Origin: a virus
Virus record (IMG/VR): IMGVR_UViG_3300021085_000019
Span: 1-64,000 of that record
Reading direction: 5' to 3' (one strand)
DNA length: 64,000 nucleotides
In this document: positions 26,501-37,400 of the stretch, one piece after another
Layout: every line of letters begins with the position of its first letter
How positions within the stretch are numbered: the stretch's first letter is position 1
Position numbers and translations under genes: made by a program
The notes under the pieces: model-generated
Database searches by the model: none
The model's input: the letters and a program-made list of their open reading frames with translations, nothing else
What the model was told of the DNA's origin: nothing

Positions 26501-29500
26501 CGTTGATGATTTAAATATTACAATCGCTGATGGAGCCGCTAATGCAGCTGCCGCAAATGGTGCTGGAATTACGGTTGATGGTGCAAATGCTACAATTACA
26601 TATACATCAGCCCAAGATGAATGGAACTTTAATAAAAATGTAGTAATCGGCGGAAAGGACACAACTGCTTCTTTCCCACTTATGATAAGATCTGATTCTG
26701 CGCATAAGGGACTTCATATAGAAGAAAATGCTGGCGCCGAAAGTTGGCAGATGGGCGTTAGTGTTACTGGCGATTTACACTTTTATAATTCTGGTTCTAA
26801 TACTGCTTCTGTTACTTTTGAAGATAGTGGTGATGTTGGTATTGGGGTATCAGCACCAGGCCAAAAATTAGATGTTGCAGGTAATGTTCGAGTTACAAAT
26901 AACGCAGCATTTATGGGAACAAATGTCGCTGGAAGTTCTAGGTCGCTTGTGCATTTGGGCAATGATAATATTCTAAGAATAAAGGGTAACGATTCAGAAG
27001 GTTCTGCTAATGTAATGTCTATGATTGCTGGCGGTAGTGTTGGTATTGGAACTACTGCGCCAATCGCTAAGCTTGATGTGAACGGAAGTATTAATGTAAA
27101 ACAAGCTACTTCTATTGCATTAGCTCAAGACACTTCTAGTACTGTTGCTATTCTAATTCCTAGAGGTTTAAAAATTGCAAGTAATACCACAGGAGATTAT
27201 ATTAGAAATATAATTGAACACGGTGGTACGACCGGTAATGGTCCTATTAATATTGGCCAACAAGGAACGGCCATTATTACTGATATTAATTTATATCCTG
27301 GAAGTTCAGGAAAAATGCAGGTTTTCTCTGATGGAACTTCAACAGCTAAAGTTGTAATTGATTCCGCAGGTAAAATGAGCATAGGAAATAATAATCCAGA
27401 ATATAATCTTGATATTCGTGGCGATAGCCCAGTTTTAAGAATTGCCGATGACAATTTAAATAACGTAGAAGATGCTGCAGCAATTTGGTTTGGTGAAAAT
27501 GATACAAGTGAATCCAGAGGGGCTGGTATAACATATGACGGAGCTAATAACGCTTTACATTTTAGAACGAGTAATAACGGTGCAACTTTAACAGATCCAT
27601 TTGATTCAGAAAAACGTATGACAATACTTGAAACAAATGGTAATGTCGGAATAAACATAACAGACCCAGATGAAAAATTAGAAGTCAACGGATCTATTAA
27701 AGTAGACTACAGTAGCACAAATGCTAATATGTTTAAGCAAGGAAACGCTTTTGGTGGTGGGTCTATTACTCCTTTTAATAACAGTGGACATTTTGTTTTT
27801 AATGTAGAATATACAGCTGGAGATTCTGATTACATCTGGAGAGTAAACGATACAACTGAGCTGATGAGACTTGAAGAACAAGGACAGCTTGGTATCGGAA
27901 CGAATAACCCAACTGAAAGACTGCACGTATCTAATATAACCGGTGGTGAAACTAAAATACGAATCGATTCACTAGACAATGCTAGAAACAATTATATTGG
28001 TATTACTGGACATGATAACTTAGTATTGTCTGCAGATGCTGGTCAAGAGGGCGCGGACAGTTCTATTAGATTTAATGTTGATAATGCAGAAGTTGGTAGA
28101 TTTACGCACCATGGCAGATTTGGAGTTGGAGGAATTATTCCAGCTACTACTTTAGAAATTTCTGATAGTGCGCCTAAACTAAGAATTACAGATACTAGAA
28201 ATATTTCATGGACCGTAGGTGATACTATGGCGTCAATTGAATTTGATAGTGACGATTCATCAGGTGGAGCAGGGACCTCAGCTGAGCCTAGAGCGGCAAT
28301 TACAATGTATGCGGCCAGCACTTTTGGTTCATCAACAGGCCTAGCCTTCTATACTAAGTCTGATACTACTGACTATCCAACTAGGCAAATGGTTATTACT
28401 AACGACGGCAAGGTTGCTATCGGTACTTTAACAGCAAATGCTAAGCTTCATGTATCAGATGCGTCTGCACCAACATTTAGACTTTCAAGAACTGGCACAG
28501 GTCAAATTTGGCAACAGTCTATTGATTCAAGCGGTAGATTTCTTTTACAAGAAGGAGCAAGTGAAGGCGGTACAAAATATACTAGATTCGCAATAGATGA
28601 TGATGGAAACGTAGGTATCGGCACAGGTGATCCAGGAAGGAAATTGCACGTTGAAGGGGACAACAATACTGCTATAACTGTTGTATCACCAAATACAAAC
28701 TATGCTCAATTAGCTTTAGGTGATACAGATGATGATAATTATGCTCAACTAATATTAGATAATGCTACTAATAAACTACAACTTCAAAATGGCGGCGGAG
28801 GAGTTGTAGGCGAAAGAGGAATTACATTAGATAGTTCAGAAAAAGTCGGTATTGGAACGTCTTCTCCAAGAGAAGAGCTGGAAGTTAATGGTACTATATT
28901 CGCAACTCCGGCCAGCTATGCATCAAATCAGAATACGTATGTCTTAAAAGTAGGAGCTACTAATAATACTGCCTGGGATGGAATGGGCTTTAAGTTGAAG
29001 TCTTTATCTGGTGGATCGCCGTATCTAAGTGTTATGGGAAGTCCTTCTGTTGAAACAATGGTCTGGAAAAGCCAGCATGTAGGCATGGGAATTGCTGATC
29101 CATCTGTAAGCGGATCTAGAACTACTTTACACATTGATAATGTAAGTAACGGCTCAGCAATTAGACTATCACAAAATGACTCAGGGGCGTTATTTAGATA
29201 TGATACGACTGCTGGCTTAAAAATAGGAACCATTTCTACTGAAAATTTAACACTTGAAACTGACGATGTCGCTAGGTTGGTAATTGCTGCAGATACCGGT
29301 AATGTTCTTATTGGCACTAATACAGTACAGCCTGAAAAGCTTTATGTAAATGGTGCTACAAGAATTGTCGGCCAAGGCAATACGCAACCTGCGTTTGAAG
29401 TATTTACTAGTCAAGATAATGACGCCACTGATGATTACAATGCTATGGTTATTGATTATAATGTTACCGGTAGCCAAACGATTGTTTCTGATGATACACT

Positions 29501-31382
29501 TCATAAAGCTTTATTCATTGATGTAGATTCTACTGCAACCGGAGGCACCACAGCAGACGAGCATAGACTTTATGGAATGCATATTGATATAGATTTTAGT
29601 GGCGATAGCGATATAGTTTACGGTTCTTTAGTTCAAGCCGAATCTAATACGACTGCTGGCCAGGTGACTAGTTTATATGGTGTTTACGGCCAGGCCGTAA
29701 ACGATACTTCAGGCACTGGTAAAGTACTAAACTCATATGGCGGATATTTTAATGCACAGTTTCAGCATAGCTCTACAAATACAACTAGAGATCAAAATAT
29801 AATAGGTGCTTACGCACGTGCCGCAGTCGTAGCTTCAGCTGATGGCGGTGGAATGAATGATGTTACTGGCTTATTTGCTGAAGTTGAAATTGATGATATA
29901 GGCCAGGCCGGAGTAATGGATAATATATATGTTGTAAGAGCATATTATGACAATGATGATACAGCTAATAATTATCTGGATATGGGATCCACATATCTAT
30001 TTCATGGAACATACGCTGGCGGAATTCCTGCTAATGCAAATAGTGCTTATGGTATGTACATTAGCACTAATGTTAATAACTACTTATTGGGCTCTTTAGG
30101 AATTGGTATTCAAACAACCGGTCAGAGCTGGCCCTACAAATTAGACGTCCAAGGAGAAGCTAATAAAGCTGCAACTAGAATAAGAAATAATACTGTTACT
30201 AGCTCTGATTGGTGGTCAAATTCACAAGCTGCATTACTTATAGGAAATGTTGATACAAGCCAATCAGCTATACTAAAGTTTGATCGTGCATCAAGCAGAA
30301 TCGTATATGGTTCCAGCAGCACTGATGATAGATTAGTTTTCTCGTCACGTCATTCAACTTCAGCTAGTTCTGATCAAGTAGTATTTGACAATAACGGAAA
30401 CGTAGGTTTAGGAACTACAGCTCCGGGTCAACAGCTTCATATTAAGAAAACTGTAACTGCTACAACAACTGCAGGTTTGGCTGGTATTAGATTGCAAAAT
30501 GATGATACAAATACTAATTCTAAAACTGGTATTGTATTTCAAAAAGCTAGGCCAACATCTGGAACTTCTACTTCATACTTGTATCAAGACTCATATAATG
30601 TGACTATGGACTGCGATGAAGCATTCACTGTTAAGACTAACGGTAGTAATTCATTACACATAGCCGGAACAGGCCTCATCGGGATTAACAATCCTGGTCC
30701 AGATTATAGACTGGATATTGGAAATCAATCGTCTCCATCTACTACTAACACTATAAGAATTGGACAGCAGAATAGTGGAACAGCAATTCGTATTGGTGCA
30801 GGTGGCGGCTCTTCAGATGTAGTACTACTCAGAGTTGATGGTGATAGTACTGATAATAAACATGATGGTACAACAGATGCTGGAGCATATGGATTTTCGC
30901 TAAAGTATATGGGCTCTAGATCAGGAAATGAAAATGCACTTGCGATCATGTCTGATAATGGCGGTAATGTTACTCAGGTAGAAGCATTGACGGTATTACA
31001 GGCCGGTGAAGTTGGAATATTTAATGCATCACCTAAAGCTAGATTCCAAGTAGAAGAATACGGAATTGATACAACAGAAACATCGTCTTCGGCTACTACT
31101 GAAATTGCTATACACACTTTCCCAATTGCTGACTTTAGAAGCGCCAGGTTTACAGTTCAAGTTACTAATTCAACTGATAATACATATCACACAACTGAGT
31201 TATTGGCTTTACATGATGGAACAACTGCAAATATTACGGAGTTTGGAACAGTATTTACCGGATCAGCCATTGAAGCTCAGTTTGACGCGGACGTAAATTC
31301 TGGAAACTTTAGACTATTAGCAACTCCTTCTTCTACAGATAGCATGGAATTTAAAGTTGTATGTCATAGTTTGACAGTTTAA
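23574..31382 (+). CDS. Giant fibre protein (2602 aa) with Mtd_N-like N-terminus, about 19 GxVGIG..P repeats and a ~100-aa C-terminal beta domain
   Basis: TTG start with AGGAG SD; IRLRRSN...PT..NLNDGELAMNTYDG; repeated GNVGIGT.xP..KLHV units; C-terminal FRSARFTVQV...TELLALHDG...TEFG domain. Confidence 0.85.
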   Translation: MARKTDIRLRRSNTENAIPTHTNLNDGELAMNTYDGALYFKKSDNTIITAHDNTILHLNSNTSRVGIGTTSPAGNLHVKSVGDVGDALLIVEADADNNVEGDNPKIELRQDSGFVTGAMYLEGNAASQATNSLQNGFLLDAKGASSDGGTIQFATGGLAANQSGGPTNSAVRMTILRDGNIAIGQITSSHKLTVAGNTFLSGDNRHVYFGGNNTFIGENSSSSKLELRGGGSSSSETVYVNSNGAVGIGIIAPTEKLHVVGNAIFHSGAAYGDLVVGRGSNQEIKLYVSDANTQIIGYQDSDSDGNHSFDIIREFDGAGENDFTIRKGSGSVQFDINKDGNITFNNAFTFPNADGQADQILKTNGSGTLTWANDSGGGSSVSLSDSDNDTLIQVEESNDEDIIRFDVAGSEVAQMTDDGLILNDGYNFEGDVIGAIKFKAQAGEALTKGDVVYISGISGNTTVVSKADANDAAKMPAFGLAASTVSLNAAVQIVTFGTLQGIDTSSYSEGDELYVNVLAGTLTDSAPTGSSSALQKIAKVTRSDASAGSVKVSGAGRTNATPNLDEGKIFVGNASNKSVQGDDTLHVDMANSRVGINKASPDRSLHIDGTVRIDGGTGVVSTGVLEVMQNGDTANNAIALTSSNAVSTRIWKNGSGTFFIGSSSANNAFQQLVNGNTTINAQEFTIAHANPTLILKDTTDDDDHNILFKDSSDNTIAKISTALPVMDDLNIGTVTAREFNLFTNNTTAMSIDTSQNSVFAGDVSILTGTSAKQASDMLYIGGSGLGSTDAAIYLGNAGDGTGYGWRFFYKGSGDGNENRLIIRSENSGSPVDALSFTQNGQALFGDSIVMGNSEKIYFLSNGDANTGSSYWYRAGGNATRLLYRDNVLVFDAYQDHSAEFRNSNDDIIFKVTPNATATNSATIVSNGNFSIANGALNIGGSELSDNNRNVTTNNLTVGGNLTVNGSVTTLNTATLTVDDLNITIADGAANAAAANGAGITVDGANATITYTSAQDEWNFNKNVVIGGKDTTASFPLMIRSDSAHKGLHIEENAGAESWQMGVSVTGDLHFYNSGSNTASVTFEDSGDVGIGVSAPGQKLDVAGNVRVTNNAAFMGTNVAGSSRSLVHLGNDNILRIKGNDSEGSANVMSMIAGGSVGIGTTAPIAKLDVNGSINVKQATSIALAQDTSSTVAILIPRGLKIASNTTGDYIRNIIEHGGTTGNGPINIGQQGTAIITDINLYPGSSGKMQVFSDGTSTAKVVIDSAGKMSIGNNNPEYNLDIRGDSPVLRIADDNLNNVEDAAAIWFGENDTSESRGAGITYDGANNALHFRTSNNGATLTDPFDSEKRMTILETNGNVGINITDPDEKLEVNGSIKVDYSSTNANMFKQGNAFGGGSITPFNNSGHFVFNVEYTAGDSDYIWRVNDTTELMRLEEQGQLGIGTNNPTERLHVSNITGGETKIRIDSLDNARNNYIGITGHDNLVLSADAGQEGADSSIRFNVDNAEVGRFTHHGRFGVGGIIPATTLEISDSAPKLRITDTRNISWTVGDTMASIEFDSDDSSGGAGTSAEPRAAITMYAASTFGSSTGLAFYTKSDTTDYPTRQMVITNDGKVAIGTLTANAKLHVSDASAPTFRLSRTGTGQIWQQSIDSSGRFLLQEGASEGGTKYTRFAIDDDGNVGIGTGDPGRKLHVEGDNNTAITVVSPNTNYAQLALGDTDDDNYAQLILDNATNKLQLQNGGGGVVGERGITLDSSEKVGIGTSSPREELEVNGTIFATPASYASNQNTYVLKVGATNNTAWDGMGFKLKSLSGGSPYLSVMGSPSVETMVWKSQHVGMGIADPSVSGSRTTLHIDNVSNGSAIRLSQNDSGALFRYDTTAGLKIGTISTENLTLETDDVARLVIAADTGNVLIGTNTVQPEKLYVNGATRIVGQGNTQPAFEVFTSQDNDATDDYNAMVIDYNVTGSQTIVSDDTLHKALFIDVDSTATGGTTADEHRLYGMHIDIDFSGDSDIVYGSLVQAESNTTAGQVTSLYGVYGQAVNDTSGTGKVLNSYGGYFNAQFQHSSTNTTRDQNIIGAYARAAVVASADGGGMNDVTGLFAEVEIDDIGQAGVMDNIYVVRAYYDNDDTANNYLDMGSTYLFHGTYAGGIPANANSAYGMYISTNVNNYLLGSLGIGIQTTGQSWPYKLDVQGEANKAATRIRNNTVTSSDWWSNSQAALLIGNVDTSQSAILKFDRASSRIVYGSSSTDDRLVFSSRHSTSASSDQVVFDNNGNVGLGTTAPGQQLHIKKTVTATTTAGLAGIRLQNDDTNTNSKTGIVFQKARPTSGTSTSYLYQDSYNVTMDCDEAFTVKTNGSNSLHIAGTGLIGINNPGPDYRLDIGNQSSPSTTNTIRIGQQNSGTAIRIGAGGGSSDVVLLRVDGDSTDNKHDGTTDAGAYGFSLKYMGSRSGNENALAIMSDNGGNVTQVEALTVLQAGEVGIFNASPKARFQVEEYGIDTTETSSSATTEIAIHTFPIADFRSARFTVQVTNSTDNTYHTTELLALHDGTTANITEFGTVFTGSAIEAQFDADVNSGNFRLLATPSSTDSMEFKVVCHSLTV

Positions 31383-31386
31383 TATG

Positions 31387-31394
31387 TATAAATA
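31387..31394 (+). promoter_or_regulatory. T4-type late promoter
   Basis: Exact intergenic TATAAATA. Confidence 0.8.
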
Positions 31395-31433
31395 GTATTA
31401 TAATTTAACCGTGGACAGTGAAACGGAGTACAC

Positions 31434-34400
31434 ATGGCAACAGATCATAACTTTAAGGTCAAAAACGGCCTTGCCGTAGAAGGCGCAGATTTAAAAATAA
31501 CCGGGGACGGAAACGATACTCGAATAGAATCAGGTGGAGAAATCAGATTTCGACCTGAAGGTTCTTCATCGAATAAAGTCAGAATTACGTTAAACGAACT
31601 TGAAGTCTCAGGTTCCATTGACGCATCTGCAGATCTAAAAACAAATAACACAACTCGTATTAATTCTTCCGGAGGCTTTACTCTAGGCAGTGGATCCATG
31701 ACTGGTCCGGTTACAATTTCACCTCCAAGTGGACAAAATACCGTATTAAATCTAAACGGAGCATTAGATACGTTCTTAGAAAAGGACACTGGTAGCCACT
31801 TTTATATTGCTAATAATGTTGAAGATAAAGACATAAAATTTAGAATTAATAACGGTGGAACTCAAAAAATTCCATTAACAATACACGGACAATCTGGCAC
31901 AGTAGATTTAACTGGCGATTTAGATGTGTCTGGAGATCTCGCAGTTTCCGGCGATTTAAATATTACAGGTGATATCAATTCAGTTAGCACTACTGATTTG
32001 GATATTACAGATAAGACTATTACATTATCAAAGGGATCAACTAGTTCTTCAACCTCTGATGGCGCAGGTATTATTATTGAAGGTCCGTCACCTGCACCTG
32101 AACTAAAATACCAACATTCGAATGCCAGATGGACGTTAAATAAAGAAGTATTTACTCCGTCAGGATTTATGATTGGTACAACATCTACTGATGTTGGATT
32201 GATGAGAAATAGTTCAGGCGTATTTGATTTCCAAGCTCAATCAGGTCGTGAAATTTCATTTAGTAATGCTACTAATGGTGAACATGTAAGAATTGATGCT
32301 GACGGCAAAGTTGGTATCGGAACAGATAACCCAGGTGTTAATTTACAAATTAATGATAGTACTACTACTCAAACTAATTCCGAATTTAGAATTTACGGAT
32401 ATGATACGGGAACTAGTGATGCAAAATATGGTAGAATTTTTATTGATAGTGGCGGTAATTTAAATGTTGCGGCTCAGGATAGTTATTTAATATTGACCTC
32501 AGGAAATTATATCCAAGCAAATGATACGCTCTACGCATTAGAATCTATATTAATGCGCAACAACAAAAAGATTCAGATGGCTGGTAGTGATGGTGGCTTT
32601 AATGGAGTAATGAATGTTAGCACAAGTGACGTCGTTCAAGTTGGAGGTGTTAGTGGTTGGGGTGGTACAATTGGCCAGCTAGCTCTTTATAGTAATGATG
32701 GCGAAGCTGTTCGTATAGATGAAAATCAATGGGTCGGAATAGGAACTAATGATCCATCTAGAAAGCTTCATGTTTATCAGAACAATGGAACTAATGTAGT
32801 TGCAGCATTTGAGTCAAACGACGCGCAAGTGTGGATTGATTTACGTGACTCTAATAGCACTAGTTATGGCGGAAGTGCTTATGGATGTTTACTGGGTCAT
32901 GATCCTGTTAACGATCATTTGTTTATAGTTGCTGACGGCAACGTAACTAAACATTTTGTAGTAGATAATACAGGAAATGTTGGTATAGGAACTAGCGACC
33001 CTAAAACAGATTTGCACGTATTAGGAGCTTCGGGAAATGCTCAAGCTACAACTGTCCGATTAGGCGGCGATGGCGCAAATGGAAATCATACTCCTAAGCT
33101 AGAATTTACAGAAGGTACAACCGGCACAAGCATGAATTTTGGATTTTCGCTTTTAGCCGATGGCAATAGCAGTAATAATTTCCTTATAAGGAATCATAAT
33201 AGTAGCACTGGCGGAGCTGTTGCAATTTGTGTTGACCGTGCAACAGGATTTGTTGGAATAGGAAATAATTCGGGATCACCTAAGTCCAGGCTTGATATTA
33301 ACTCAAGTGGAGATAATTTTGTATATTTAAATTATACAAGAAGTACTGGTGGAACAAATGAAAAGTATTGGAGATCTGGAATTGAAACAAATCACAGGTT
33401 TGCAATTGGTAAAGTTAACGACGCATATAATAGCTTATCCGAGTATCTAACAATACTTAGTGGTGGTAATGTTGGTATTGGCATTAATAATCCATCTGAA
33501 AAATTAGAAGTCAATGGAAATATAAAGGCTGATACATTAAAAATCGATAATATAGTATTTGAAGATGAAGATGGATCTCCTACTGATAGTATTACCGCAT
33601 CTACGGAATGGGATGGAACAAATTCAACACTTTCATTCGAAGGTTCGGCTGGACAATTATTTGCCATTAGTAATAACTTAACTGGAACTATATTCTCTGT
33701 AAATGACATTTCAGGTATTCCAAGTATTGAAGTTGAAGATGACGGAGAAATTCGTTTTGCTGAGTTTGGTGGATATGTAAAAATCGGACATGACTCATCA
33801 GTTCCCGGCCAAGAAGCGCCTCTCATCGTAACTAAAACACAGGGAACTTTACCACCGGCTCCAGACACTCCAAGTAAAAACGTTGCAGTGTTTCAAAATA
33901 ATTCAACTGCCGGAGAATATTCAATTATTTCGATTATTGGTGGTAATACCGGTAGATCATCTATTCATTTAGGTGATACTGATGACGATAATGCTGGAGC
34001 TATATACTATACACATAACGATAACAAATTACATTTTAGAACTAATAGTTCCGGTGATGATGTTCAAATAGAAAGTGATGGCACGTTAAATATTTCAACC
34101 GGTGATTTACGTTTAGGCGTTGGTAAAAAGTTTTATATGGGCGGTAGTAATCATACATATATCAGCGAAGACATCGATGACAGATTACGATTCTTCACTG
34201 GTGGCCAAGAGTTTATGAGATTCACTGAGGCTGGAACAGACACAGTAAACTTCTACACGCCAGTTTCTTCATCAGGTACTATTACCGCTCCGGCTCTAAA
34301 CGGTACGGATAGTACAAATAATGTCGGGTTTAATATTGCAACAGACAGCACTAGTAACGGTAGAGCATTTATAATTTTAGATAGTGATTCAACCGATGGC

Positions 34401-37400
34401 GTTGGAGTTGGAAGTGATTATACGTATATTGGTTCAGATTATGCTTCCTTTAGAGGCTGGGTAAGTGCCGGACAAAATGGTGCTTCAGGCGGCGTAAGGG
34501 TTTCTGACGGAAGTGGCACAGCTCCTACATTGTCATTTGCTGATAGAACTGACACTGGTTTATGGGCTCAAGATTATAGTACCGGCGAAGACAGAGTAAT
34601 GATAAGTACTGGAGGTTCTATTAGAGCTGAGGTTCAAAGTGCGGGTGTTTATTCATATGCAAATGTATATGCTGTTAATGAGTTTAGAAATATTACTAAT
34701 ACCTGGAAAGCAACTACGTCTCAAGTTTCCCAAGATTTTCAGTTTATAGGTAACACAAGCAATACTCCTGTGACAATAATGCATTTAGATACCGGCAACG
34801 CAAACGTTGGTATTGGCACGACTAGTACAGATTCTACGTATAAACTTCAAATTGCTGGAGCTCAGCGTACTACAGTTACTGGTTCTAACACGGTGGCCGG
34901 TTGGTTTGAAAATACAGACGATCATGATTATAATATTAGAATTGTACCAAAGCTTTCATCGGGAGGTTATAATCCAATAACTTCTACTGGAGACTCTGGA
35001 ATAATTTTCTCAACCGATAACGACCATACTAATGCTGTTGATAATAATGGATTAATTATTGCGCCACATAGTGATGAAAAAGGTGGGTTGTATATTGCGG
35101 AAAGCGGTAACGTTGGTATTAATGTAAGAAATACTGGGTCTCAGGCTTTATGGGTAGAAATTCCAACTGCGCAGCAAAGTGATACAAATCTAGTAGCATA
35201 TTTTAAATCTCACAATAATAAAGCGTGTATTCAAATTACAGATAATGATACAACTGCAGTTGTATCAGCTGAAGGCACTAGGATGTCTTTAGGTGGTCAA
35301 CAAGGTGTTCATGCAAATAACGTAAATATTAACACTTCAAATGCAAATACAGGAATAGGTATTATTACTGGTAGTGATGGTGATTTAAGCTTAAATGTGC
35401 CGCGGCTTCATGTAAAAGCTGATACTCAGCAGGGTGTTAATGCGTTAGTCGCTAGATTTGAAGCTGGTAATGATAATGATAATACCGGCGCAGCAATTCT
35501 CATCAACCATTCAAATGATAGAGGATTGTTAATTGAAGGCGGTAGATCTAACTCGGATAGAGCAATAGCACATTTGGGTCTTGTCACTTCAGGTGGTGAT
35601 CACAATCGCGTTTTGACAATTAGACAAGACGGAAGTAATTACTGGGCAGGTATTGGCACAGAAGTTCCTGAAGCGCTTTTACACGTAAAGGCTGCTAGTG
35701 GAACTACAGCAACTATAAGAATCGAAGGCGGCAGCAACACTGTTTCTGCAAGCGGCGAAATAAATTCTCAACTTGACTTTGGTTCAAATGATGGTTCTGT
35801 AAACAGCGCTGGCCAAGTTGGAGGTAGAATAGCAAGTGTTACCGAAAATACAAACGGCGCTTACACTGGAATGGCGTTTTATACCTTCACACAAAGCGGG
35901 TCTCCTGATTTAGCTGAGAAAATGCGAATCAGGTACGATGGTAGTGTTGGAATTGGAGAGGCCTCTCCAACAACTGGAAAGCTTGTAGTAAATGGTAATA
36001 CTAATCAGTATACACTTAGACTAAATGGTGGAACTTCATCCGGAACTAGCTATGGTGCTAGGATACGTGCCGGAACTAATACTTCTGATTATGGATTAAT
36101 AGTTGAAAATACAAGCGCGGGCCCGCAGTTTGCTGTTAGAGGTGATGGCCATGTAGGTATTGGAACTAATGACCCTATCGATCAATTTCATTTAAAAAGT
36201 TCCAGTGGTGATGCAAGGATGGTTCTTGAATCTCCAGTAGATTCCGATTGTGAAATTAAACTTTCAGAGAATGGAACGGTAAAATTCACTGTTGGATTTA
36301 ATGCAGCAGATGATACATTTAGAATAGGAACTACTAACGTAGACACAAACCCAAGGATGGCTATCACTTCGGCCGGTAAAGTTGGATTTGGTAGAGAAAA
36401 TCCGCATAATAAATTTCATGTAATTGGCGATGGACGTTTTGAAGGAAACCTAATGACGGGAAGTGCCTCGTATACTAACGTTCCCGCTAAGGCAATTCAT
36501 ATTAAAGATAGTGGCGATAACGCATGTCTAAGAATAGAAGACTCTACTGGCAGTAATAAAGTTTATGATTTTAGAGTAAATACTGGAGCTGGTTTAAAAA
36601 TTATTGACCAAGGGACAGTAGGAACGGGGAATAACGTAAGATTTAGAATTGAAGACGATGGTAAGGTTGGTATTGGCAACTTCCCAACAACTAATAACAA
36701 TTCTAATAATCATGATTCAATTGCTCCTGCGGCAAGGCTTCACGTATATGATACTGGTGGCGGTGGAACAGAAAAGCCATTAATGATATTAGAAAATTAT
36801 ATCGGCGATCATGGTACTACACCTTCTAAAGTAAGTATTGATATAAGAAACCAAGACAGTAATAATAATCCTAACAGAGTATCATTAAAAAATGTCACCG
36901 TCAATTCTACGACTTATGGAGTAAACGATGAAGCTGCTGCTCACTTTGTTATTGGACTAAGTAAAGGTGGAAATGTTATAGAAAGAGCAATGTTCCATGC
37001 TGACGGTCATATGTCTATTGGTACTTCAATGTTTAATCCGTATACTCACGTGAACACCGGATCTTACTTTAAACCAAAAACAAATGTAACTAGTAATAGA
37101 ACTTTATCAATCGGGGGTGGTGATGCAGGCGCTGATATTAGTTTAGTTTCTAGTACTACATCTGATGATGGACACGTTGGTGGATTATTTTTTACTTCTA
37201 CTGCTGGTGCAACTGATGCGCATAAACAATTAGCCGGTATAGATTGTGTATATGATAAACATGCAACTAGTGACGCGGTAAGTGGTGGTCATTTAAGATT
37301 CTTTACTAAACCTACTGGATCTGGTATTAATAGTCCAAGAATGTGGATACACCAAAATGGTAATATCTACATGAAAAATCAGAGTGGTTCAGATGTGGTA

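Noticed and set aside
21803-31382. Diversity-generating retroelement suggested by Mtd_N-like domains
   Set aside because: No reverse transcriptase, no Avd, no C-type lectin target domain, and no TR/VR pair differing at adenines seen in this window.
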